A stretch of 64,000 nucleotides of DNA from Xylographa opegraphella (Eukaryota): positions 496,001 through 560,000 of the forward strand of contig JALDZX010000003.1 of NCBI GenBank assembly GCA_022813865.1, written 5' to 3'. The position numbers and the translations under genes were made by a program. The first letter of the stretch is position 1. The number at the start of each line of letters is the position of its first letter. The notes under the pieces were generated by a model that saw nothing but the letters and a program-made list of their open reading frames with translations, searched no databases and was not told where the DNA came from. Below, in pieces: positions 54,011-64,000 of the stretch.

Positions 54011-55128
54011 ATGGCTCATTCCACGCTTGACCTCTCACTGTTCACCCATGGCGACGAAGCGGAACGCCACCAACTTGCTTTGAGCCTCGTCGAGAGCCTG
54101 TCTCGAGATGGCTTCGTAGTTCTTGTAAACCACGGCATCTCAGACCTCACCGTGGAAAAGCTGTTTGAATGGGTATGTGGTGGATCATTTTGCCTTTGCA
54201 GAAGCTAAGTCGGCTAACTTCAAGCCTTGTCGTGAAACGCAGAGCAAGTCTTTCTTCCGGTTGAAGTTGGATGACAAGGCTTCCATCGCACACCATCCTG
54301 GCCCTAATCCTCAACGAGGTTGGAGTGGGGTCGGTGCCGAGAACAGTTCTGCGCTGTATCGAAAAGGACTGCTGAAGTCCACAACTGTGGAGGACCTCAA
54401 AGATGCGAGGGTAAGTACGAAGCAAAACCACCACACAATGGGGTGTATTGACGTAAGAGGAACACTTCGATATCGGATCGACGGCAGACCTTCAGTACCC
54501 CAACAAATGGCCCGACGAGAAGGAGCTTCCCGGCTTCCGTCACCAGATCGAGGCTGCATTCGAGGCGTTGGAAGCAGTAAGCGCGCACATCATGAAAGCC
54601 CTTGAGGTCGCCTTTGGGTTGCCGAAGGGCGCCTTCCTAGACAAGATGACCCACACAGCCAACGCGAGTGAGATGCGACTAAACCATTATCCGGCCATCG
54701 ACATCGAGGAAATCAGAGCCGGCGGCGTGAGTCGAATCTGGCCTCATTTCGACCTGGGTGTGATCACTCTTCTTTTCCAAGACCGAGTCGGTGGGCTCGA
54801 GTTTGAGGACCGCAAGAACCGTGGAACATTCACACGTCTCGAGTGCTGTGGCTCATCTGAGATGGTTGTCAATGTGAGCGAGACACTGCAACGGTGGACC
54901 AACGATGTTCTGGCGGCAGGCCTGCACCGAGTCAACATCCCCCGGCAGATGGAGGACAAGGAGACGGCCGTGCTTCCCGAAAGATACTCAATCGCTTACT
55001 TCTGTAAGGCCGACCGCGATGCCTCCGTGGGGCCTTTGCAGCAATTCGTGCATGAAGGTGCGGATCCAGTTTATCAGGACATGCCGGCCATTGAGTATCA
55101 TCGGCAGAGGTTGCAATCTGCGTACTAG
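54011..55128 (+). CDS. Fe(II)/2OG oxygenase, IPNS/DIOX family; 3 exons
   Basis: LDLSLF..GFVVLVNHGI (DIOX_N), PQRGWS, RLNHYP, HFD, TLLFQD..GGLE, GLHRV and RYS. Confidence 0.9.
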
Positions 55129-55492
55129 CGTTCACGAGCGTGCTCGAACTCGGAATGATAAAGCTGATTGTTCGAGGCTTCGTTCCATACCACCTTGACC
55201 GTGATCGATAGTAATACTTCGTAGCTATCAAGAAACATGCGGGACTTTTCACACGAGTGAACGTGGTTGTTGAGTGCTACGCAGTAAATCGACCCCTGCC
55301 CGATGACCCAATGACGTACTACGTACTCCGTAGAGATAGTCAAGTGCCTCCGATTGCAGCCCAAACCCCGCCATGATTCCGATTCATGGGGGCCATTTCC
55401 CAAGGACTATTTACTATGTATATGCCCCTGAGTCTTGACCACCCACCCACAACCCCTTATTATTCAGAACTCCCCCAATTCAAGCACCCACT

Positions 55493-56544
55493 ATGTCAAA
55501 CCAACCCCCCACCAGCCCCACCAACCCCCCACCCCCACCCATCTCCCTTGCCATCATCGGCTGCGGTGCGCCGTGCCCCGCCCAATTCAGACCGGCCCCC
55601 TAATTGACCACCCCATAACAGGCAAACTGGGCACCTCCCTGCTGCTCGGCCTCCTCGGCCCCGCCCACGACCCTATCCCCACCCTCACCATCGCCGACAT
55701 ATTCATTACCGCATCCGTATCCAGCACGTCTCGCCTCCGACAAGCCCTCCCTTCCCGAGCCCCCTCTCACCCCTCGATCTCCATTCTCCCGCTCACAGCC
55801 AACGGCTTCGCTGCCCAAGTCGCCGACGTCGTGATCCTTGCCTGCCCACCTTCCACCCACAGCTCCGTTCTCCAGGATCCGGCCGTACGCCAGGGCCTGC
55901 TGGACCACGGGCGGCAGGGGACGACCAAAAGCAAGGTGCTGATCAGCCTGCTGGGCGGGGTACGTATCGCCCAGCTGGAGCGTAGCCTGTACACGCCCCT
56001 GAATGCCGCCCTGCCGGCCCCCTCGGGAACCGGGCGCGCTCGCTGTGCCATCGTGCGTGCGGTGCCGAACATCGCCGCGCGGCAGCAGCAGTCGGTGACG
56101 ATCCTCTCAACGACGACCACCAATGATGACAATAACAACGCCGACGACCCAAATGCTATCGTGGCGGCCTTGTTCGCACGCGTGGGCGTCGTCCGCTGTC
56201 TGCCGGAAGCGCAGCTGGCGCGAGCGTCGGCGCTCGCGGCATCCGGGGTGGCATTCTACGCACATCTGATGAAGGCGGCAGCGAAGGGGGTCGAAGGGGG
56301 TGAGGACGGCTTGGCGGCGGACGACGCCATATGGGTGGCGGCACACGCGGCACGAGGCGCAGCGGCACTGGTGCTGGCGGGGGACACGCCGGAGGGAGTG
56401 GTGCGAGCGGTGGCGACGGAGAAGGGGAGCACGGCGGCGGGGTTGAAGGTGCTGGCGCAGATGGGGGCAGGGGAGGCGCTGCGGGCGGCCGTTGCGGAGT
56501 GTGGGCGGGTGACGAACGGGTTGGGTGGTGGGAGGGAGAAATAA
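55493..56544 (+). CDS. Pyrroline-5-carboxylate reductase-like protein (divergent); intron 55566-55621
   Basis: LAIIGCG|KLG Rossmann motif, ADVVILAC, LISLLGGV, IVRAVPN, ALAASG and VATEKGSTAAGL correspond to P5CR motifs. Confidence 0.8.
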
Positions 56545-56712
56545 GTGGAAATGAACATGATTGTAAGATTGAGTGCGAATTCTGAGGCTCCTGCGGTACC
56601 TTTGCCTCCTTATTATAGAGACAATGATGAAAAAATGAGTGGAGTTTTGGACGCATAGTTTGTAGATTTGATTCTAATCCGCAGGGCGATTCTGTAGTTC
56701 TGGCGATGTTTT

Positions 56713-58166
56713 TTATTTCGTCGCATCCAGGACAACTTTGATGACTTCGCGTCGTTCGAACATGGTGTACCCTTTCGGCGCCTCGCTCAGCGGCATTACA
56801 TTTTCGGTCATAAATTCCAGAAGGTGCTGCTTCTGCACAAACAGGCGAACAGACTCTGCGAAAACTGATCGCACGGGGCAGCGACCCATCTGCAGGCGAA
56901 GATTCTTAGAGTACGCTATCGTAGAAAATCAGTTCTTCGGTTCTAGCGTTATAGCAGCGGGGTGGTGATTGTAGAGCATGGACGAGAACTCTGAAGCAGG
57001 AGGATAGGATCAATTCGCGGGATCACGCTTACCTTCTGTCAGCGTCCACGGAGTATCTTCGCTGTGTACACCCGCACTGACTAGAACACCGCCGGGCCTC
57101 AGGAGATCAAAGCCGGTCCGCAGCGCGTCCTTGCGGCCCACCAGCTCCATGACTACGTCTGCGCCCCTGCCTTGTGTAGCCTGAAATATCCGCTCAGCCA
57201 CATTGTCTGATCCGGCGCTTGTGTTCAGTGGGATGGCACCTAGGGCCTGTGCTTTAGCAAGGCGGGCGGGCACGCTGTCGATTGCGTAGAGATGCTGAGG
57301 ACTATAGGTGGAGGCAGTGGTTATAGCGCACAGTCCCACGGGGCCACAGCCTACGACCACGGCCGTGATACCTGCAGGAGGGAAAGAAAGTCGAAGAAGT
57401 GAGAAAGCAGAGCTGGCAGCGAAGTACTGGCAAGATCAAACTCAGTATCCCAGATCACAACCTGTCAAAATGGTATGGCTGACGAGGAATGGGCGTGTGA
57501 ACAGATGGGAAATCAGCTGACCACGAGCGAGAAAGCAACGAAGAGTTACTCACTCCTGTTGGGAAGATATCAGCCATTAGAACAAGGCTTTCGGCACTGA
57601 GCCCCGCGGGAGCCTTGAAGACGGTAGTATCCGCGAGCGGAACTCGTACATATTCCGCTTGGGCCCCTGGCAGTTGGGGCGAGCCAAACACGAGGCATTC
57701 TGTACACCGACTTGAAAGGTTTGCTCGACAATAATGGCAGACGCCGCTGTGGCAAATATCAAAAGGAATGCCACCGTAGGTAGAATAGCACCATGGGCGT
57801 GCAGGGGTCAAGGGCAAAGTAGAAAGCCATACCAGCTAACAGTAAAGGGGCTTACAACAAGATCTCCCAACTCCAAACCTTCGACGTCGTCGCCCTTCTC
57901 AACCACAGTGCCGCAGAACTCATGACCCATGATGGTGCCCTCAGGACAGGCTTCATACCCCCGGAGCAGATGGAGATCACTGTGGAGTGAGTATCAACAG
58001 CAATACTCATTTATGTCATATGTTTTATCACCAACCTTCCACACAGTGCTGTGTACCGCACTCGTAGCACGACGTCTTTTGTACTCTGTACATGTGGGAC
58101 CGGGCGTTTTTCCACGGCTACCTTTCCTGGACCGTGGAATATTACGGCGTTCATCGTGTTTTCCAT
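56713..58166 (-). CDS. Zn-dependent medium-chain dehydrogenase (FDH-like MDR); 5 exons
   Basis: TALCG|SDLH, MGHEF, the structural-Zn motif CGVCHYC...SSRC, QAEYVRVP, ADIFPTG|YFAA and VGCGPVG. Confidence 0.9.
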
Positions 58167-58596
58167 ACGTGGTGACTGAGAATCGAAAGACGATTCACTT
58201 TGAAAATATTGACTGAGGCCTTTCTCCATGCACAGGTAGTAAGTTGTAACGAAGGGTACTGTTCAATTGCGAGGTCTTTTTTCCATAATCAAGAGCTTTT
58301 GTATTGGTGAGAAACATGATGGGGTATGTAAGATATGAATGCATATACGCCATGTGGAAGCCTTGATTCGACCTTGTGCTGGTCATGATGCTGGCACGAT
58401 AACCTTCACGCCATAATTTCAACAATTTGTCTGTTTTCGTTACACAACGTTGGCAAGGGAAAGTGTCGGCCCGATTACCGAAGTATTGATCACGTATTTT
58501 AAAATTATGCAAGTGAATAATTTGACCAACAGGCGAACAGCGGTAGCTAGTCCGAGCTAGTCTGGTCTATTCTACTTTACCGAGCCGAGTACCCAA

Positions 58597-60193
58597 TTAA
58601 GCCTGGGCGTTAGTCTCGTTCCTGATTCCCGGCTTACGATTTCTACCATACAAATGTCCTCCTGTAACCATTACCGTCAAGCCCAACAATATCAATGTCA
58701 ACACACCCATGACAAGCGACATTGCCGCCCAGCCAAATTGAGCTCGAATAAAGCCAGCGTACAACGGGCCAAGCATCGAACCCCCGGCAAATGCAAAACT
58801 CAGGAGACCATACGCTTGAGCGTTGGCCCCGTAGGGGCCAAAGACCCCAGGAGTTTCTTTTTCTATCTCATTGACCACCGTAGCGGTTTCCTTAATGAAG
58901 GCGGGGTTCAATAAAGTGACCGAAACGCCCACGGAGAACATCATGAGTCCGAGTTTCACAAATGGCGAGGTCACGCCGTGGTGGATCAGCCGCAAGAGAA
59001 TGAGAGTCGGCGCCAGCAGTGAGAGCCCGCTTGCTGCTGTCAGCTTCGTGCCGAATCGATCAGTGAGCGCTCCAGATATCGGCGAGAGAAGCGCCGGGAG
59101 CGCTAATATTAAAAACAAGCCAGCGGCATTCGTAGCGCTGAATCCGAAGGTGTCGTGAACATATACGGCCAGAACACCGTCAAAGCCTGCGGTGAAACTA
59201 TTTACCATAAACAATGACAGGATTGCAAGCAAAAACCGGGACGACGAGAGTAAAATCAACATGGACGACCCTCCCGACCTTGATCGTACCTTGGGGAGAA
59301 GCGGTTTTGTCTCTGGGTCATCATAAGACTCGCCACCATCGGCGCGAGGAAATCGAGTACTTTCTTCTCCAATGTTACTTTCTTGGGCAAGAGACCCCTC
59401 GCAGTCGGTGGCGTAAATAGTTCCAATTTCTTCCACCGAGGGCGACCGCAAGTCTGAAGAGTCCGCGAGATCTGATTCGAAAGGTAAACGCTTTTCGACA
59501 ATAACCATGAAACGCAAACCGATGTCGACAACAATCAAAACAAAGGCCGGGATAAACACCGCAAAGTAGCCGGCGTGGTCGTATATGAAACCGCCGGCCA
59601 CCGGGCCTGAAAGGATACCCAGAGTTATGCTCATGCTGGTATATCCCGAAGCCTTTCCGATCCCATCCTTCCCAACAACATCGAGGACCAGCGCATTGCC
59701 AATGGTAAAAACCACCGCCGTTGACAGCCCTTGTAAGAGCCGTGCGAGGAGTAGAACAGGCACCGTGGTTCCGAGAGCAAAGCATAGGGTAGAGGACCCC
59801 AGGATCACCAACCCGAGCACGAACGGTATCTGTCGACTCGAGCTCCGATCTCCTATCCATCCAAAGAACACTAAGAGTTCCATTGCGTTAGCGATGATAC
59901 TTTGGTATATTCTGCCATCGGCACTGCCGCCGACGTCGCTGAAAGCCGGAAAGCATCAACTATATTGACCGAAAGTGCAACATACACGACCCAAGCATCT
60001 GAGCCGTCCCAAAGGAGGCTAGCAGAATCGAGTTCCATCGCTGCACGTCCTCTTGTGCGAGTCCAACCCGGTCCGCGAGAGCGTAGGGGAGCACGGGGAG
60101 GATGAGGTTCGCCAGACCCATGTCGGTGAACATGGCCACGCACACCACGAAGGTGAAGAAGCCTTTGGACGCCCGTGACTTGCGGGCGAGCAT
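58597..60193 (-). CDS. MFS transporter, DHA1/vesicular-amine-transporter-like; 2 exons
   Basis: AMFTD..LILPVLPY, GWIGDRSSSRQ (motif A), LARLLQGLS and GALTDRFG; about 12 TM helices. Confidence 0.88.
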
Positions 60194-60727
60194 GGTGTTG
60201 ACAGGAGGGTGGGTGAGGGGTGGGTGATACAGGCAGTCGTCTGATCAGGCGGCGACTCTTTATGGTCGACAAAGGACACTCCCTCGATAACTCGAAAGGT
60301 GTGTGATCGACTTAGCCCTCGCAGACCTTGGAATAAATACTGCGTCACCATTTTCTTCGCAAGCATGTTTGAATGCGTGCCGAGAAAGACCGTGGATCGC
60401 CACTGTGACTTTATTTTTCAGTTGGGACGAATCAGATTCCTTATCCTACGTGTGCTACCCAGATTGGAATTGGAACCAAAACCTATGAGGTAAAGGCTGC
60501 TGCATCTCGGATTTGCGGGAGAGTTAACAATTACTAGTATCGAGCTAAAGGGTCTATTTTTTGCACTCAAGTCATCCGTGGCTTATCATTACTTCGACTT
60601 CTGATCTCTTGGCTGCAAATCATCACGCATAGTTTGGTTTTCATTAGAAATATCAACTGCAATTTGTGTGTCGACCATTTACTCTAGAGTTGCTGGACCA
60701 GCTTGTTCGCCAACTAGGGAACACTTA

Positions 60728-62095
60728 TCATTCATGCTTGGTCTCATCATTGTCTCTCATAAGCGCCTCCGCCTTGAGTTGAAATTCGCGGAAAAGCTCG
60801 ATGGCCTAGAGTTTTTTATCAGGAACGCACGCCTTTACATAAAGTAAGAGTGATTGTATACCTGTTTGGTCTTGACTTGCCCCTTGCCGCTGTCTCTGTT
60901 GGCAAATGCTTCTCGGTACTTCTCTTCGTCGTCCATGAAGCTTGTGCGCTGCATGCTTTGCGCACTGTAGATTTTATTGTTGAACAGCGACCGCTCCGCT
61001 ACCATTTTTTCAAGCTCTTTGGTCTCTGACAGGGCCCGCAGGAGCGACGGAGCAATCGTGAAGGCGGCCACACCGGCAAGTTGCATGATTTCATCGACGG
61101 AGATGACACTGCAGGCCTTCACTCGAGTAGGGTACGAGTATTGCTCAAAGTATTGCTGCGCATCGACACATAAGGCTAAAATTGGATCTGTGTCCCGATA
61201 TCTGCGTAATTGAGCTTCCTGAATACTGAAAGGTTGCCACTTCATCAACTTACGTTTCGTCGAAATGGACCCTGAGCTCGTGCACGAACGGCGAGATAGA
61301 GATACAGCCTACTTCGGCCGCGAGCATTGCTTGCTCAATAGTGAATAACGTCGTTGCTAGAGTTTTAATACCCAGCAATTTCAATTTGCGGCAGGCCTGA
61401 AGACCCTCCCAGGTAGACGCGACCTTGATGCAAAGTCTGGATACATCGAAATTGGGTTCGATTCGGCGGCAAAGACTATAAATACCTGCGGTTTACGGAG
61501 ATACTATCAGTCTCATTATGACGATCGTGCGCCTTGAAGCAACGTACGTTGACCATTCTCGACGATTTTGATGGTCGAATCGGAATACACCGGATTCGCC
61601 ATGACAAGTATGTTGCCGGTAATCAGGGATGCAATCGTCAATGACAGGCTAACCATCTGCGAGATCCTTCAGCGAATGTTTACCGATGTCGATCCGAAAT
61701 GGGCGGGGCAAGAACACACGGAGATCTCCATGGCCAGCTCCTCGAAAGTCACATTGGCGTACTCTGACTGGAACTTTCGTCCAAGAGCAACGGAACTTCT
61801 CAGTAAAGCGGCGCGTTGAGGGTTGAGAAGTTCGTAGTAAGCATCGGCCTGGGTGGCGTCAACGACGAATTTGGGATTGAAGGAGACCAGGTACCTGATT
61901 AGAAGTGCAATCGACAAACGGCCCGAACTCAGTAGCAACTGATGATACGCGTCTGTCAGCGCTCGACTTTGTTTATGCTTGAGGCGAAAACCACATCGTA
62001 CTTTGAATGTTCAGGCTATCACAGTCCACCTGAGTTTTCGAGCGGAGATATTCCAAAAGGACGACGGGAGACGTTGAATCTGACAAGGAGCCCAT
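60728..62095 (-). CDS. Transaldolase-family protein (divergent paralogue); ~7 exons
   Basis: The spliced product has VDCD, DCTSNQ, CIKVASTWEG (Schiff-base Lys), TTLFTIEQA, ISPFV and FTIAPSLL. Confidence 0.82.
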
Positions 62096-64000
62096 GATGA
62101 ATCAAGAGATATCTGACGATGAATATGAAGTTCGACAAGTGACGATTGGAGAAGGGAGTGTGGATACCAGGCAGCGGGTAATATTTATCCCAATGCGGCG
62201 ACACTCTTATCGAGCCGTAAGCCGGCCGTCGTCCAAGGGATTTGAAAAGGCAGTTCTGGCCGCAGTTCTGGCCACTTGGGGTAGAAAGTCCATTGACCTG
62301 GACCTCTGTCTCTGGACCAAACACGCGCAGCCGTAAGAACCTGACCAGATGTGTATACAACGACTGAGCTTGAAATAGCCATGGCCTACGATGTAAAATT
62401 ACGGTAACACCGTAGTCGATACAGACCGAAGGCATAGTAAAGATCTCCAAGGTTTCGGCATTACTTGAAGATAATATCAAGGTATATAGTGTCTTATCTC
62501 GCAGCGAGATTATGTACTGCGATCCGTAAGCGCTAAGCCATTGGGAAGAATAGTAGCGAACGCGGGAGCGAGCCGAGAGGCGACAGGGATTATTAAGCTT
62601 TGGAGCTTGGATCTCGAAGCGGAAGTGATCGGCACGGTCCGTACCAGGACTGCAGCCAAAGCCCAAGGTTACATCTTACGGTACTGCAGATATTACTTGT
62701 GGTTAGTGGGAAATCGATATCGAATTGTGCACACTTCTGCATAGATCTTTTAGTACTGCAGAATCTATGCAACGACGGTCGATCCAAGCGAAGTAGACTG
62801 GAAATTACCCACGCTCAACCGTGGTTCACATTGTCGAGGTCGATGCTTCCCCGAACGCTAGAAAGTAAGTTTCAAAATGCGGGAGCGGAAGCGGGGATAT
62901 CGGGCAGGGGTCGAAAAATACCGGGCTACTTGTTTAGCTCCCTTACTCTTAGCTTCATCGTATTAGCGCGATACATGATTTTCAAAACTGCAAAATATCC
63001 ACACCTCCAGCATCACCACTACACCACCTTGAATGCAGCACAACGCCTTCGCTTTGCCGTCTTTTTCGCCGCTGAAAGTCCGCATGCCTATGGTGGACTG
63101 CGGCACCGTTCTGCAGGATGTGCTGGCCCGTGGCTCTGGCATGCACGCAAAGCCGCACCGATCGGATTCCCAGGTTTACGTTGTTGCTTGCATCATGCAT
63201 CGATCCGTACTCGTTCAGCTCCAGTGTCGATGCACACTGCCGTGTATCCGTTACACCATACGGAGCAACACATAGCGATTGTGGTGGTCGTATTCGTTCG
63301 CCCCACACATCGCCCAGGGGGCCACTTCTTGCGATTCTGAGCAATTCAGCCGGTTGTCTATCGTTCAAGGAGATATGATTGGCACATCCTTGTGTGATGA
63401 GGAAAAGTCGAGTGATCAGCTCAGCGTGATGCATTTTGACTTCGTCTGGCGTTGATCATGAGCCCGACCCAATGCATCCACACAGCAAGAAGGGCCGAAT
63501 CGCAATTGACTTCGCACTCGATAATTATGCAACAGAGTATTTTACTGTCCAGAACTGATAGTGGTATTTTGGTATGGTTTTCATCACTGGACGGACCATG
63601 TATCTCTCTTTGATCAAGCTCATTTCAAAGAGAACAGCACAGTAATAGATCAAAGATACCAAACCTGCGAGTGACTTCAAACAAGGTCAACCGTTTCCGC
63701 AAGTTTGAGAAGCTCTTCCAAAGTCGAAAACTCAAGTTTACTGAAGTACTTGTCTCGCTGCTCAAGAGTTCTCTCCTGAGGGCACGCTGAAGCTCCAGCA
63801 ATGGTCCACTGCTCCAAATGAGCCAATCCAAGTCCAATGGTATCCTCGTTGTGGATGCATGCTGTGATCGAATCTTCGATTTTTTTTACTGATCTATAGG
63901 ATTTCTTCAGCGGCCGACCTGTTGCCTAATGTCAAACAAATGCCTCGGGTCAACATCAAAGGCTGGATTTCTAACCGTGAAAACTCTCCATGATCTCGAC

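Noticed and set aside
43234..62095. Mycosporine/MAA cluster (transaldolase + MT + reductase + GT + PhyH)
   Set aside because: No sugar-phosphate cyclase (DDGS) or ATP-grasp ligase in the window, and the MT is not of the MysB type. Revisit only if such genes lie beyond 64 kb.
43234..62095. Swainsonine, loline or peramine cluster
   Set aside because: No PKS domains (SwnK), no PLP enzymes (LolC/D/T) and no two-module PerA architecture.
43234..62095. Recent bacterial horizontal transfer of the cluster
   Set aside because: Eight of the nine genes have spliceosomal introns, and the GC-rich patches also occur in a core gene.
62019..64000. ORFs 62019-62666, 62600-63340, 62982-63434 and 63625-63837
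   Set aside because: No recognisable motifs or consistent splice model. A decayed or partial gene cannot be excluded.

Overview
This is eukaryotic, intron-rich DNA from a filamentous ascomycete (Pezizomycotina): short GT-AG introns with CTRAC-type branch points and fungal orthologues. The left ~41 kb is a dense housekeeping block. It holds the phosphofructokinase 3' end, NC2-beta, two SDRs, a DAO-family oxidoreductase, ERG6, SLT11, PDB1, a secreted 5'-nucleotidase-like phosphoesterase, GatA, MCP1, a GPATCH8-type zinc finger, SKY1, the golgin IMH1, lunapark, NIC96, a peroxisomal catalase, RER1 and enoyl-CoA hydratase. From ~43.2 to 62.1 kb is a contiguous nine-gene putative secondary-metabolite cluster with no housekeeping gene inside it. 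Its genes are a PhyH-type 2OG dioxygenase, a SAM methyltransferase, a cellulose-synthase-like GT2, an NRPS-like (C*)-A-T-R enzyme, an IPNS-type 2OG oxygenase, a divergent P5C reductase, a Zn-dependent dehydrogenase, an amine-type MFS transporter and a transaldolase paralogue lacking the canonical phosphate and acid-base residues. The oxygenase/P5CR/dehydrogenase trio mirrors known methylproline-forming cassettes. This suggests an undescribed, possibly glycosylated and methylated, pyrrolidine-type alkaloid pathway (inference). Exon boundaries were read by eye and are approximate.
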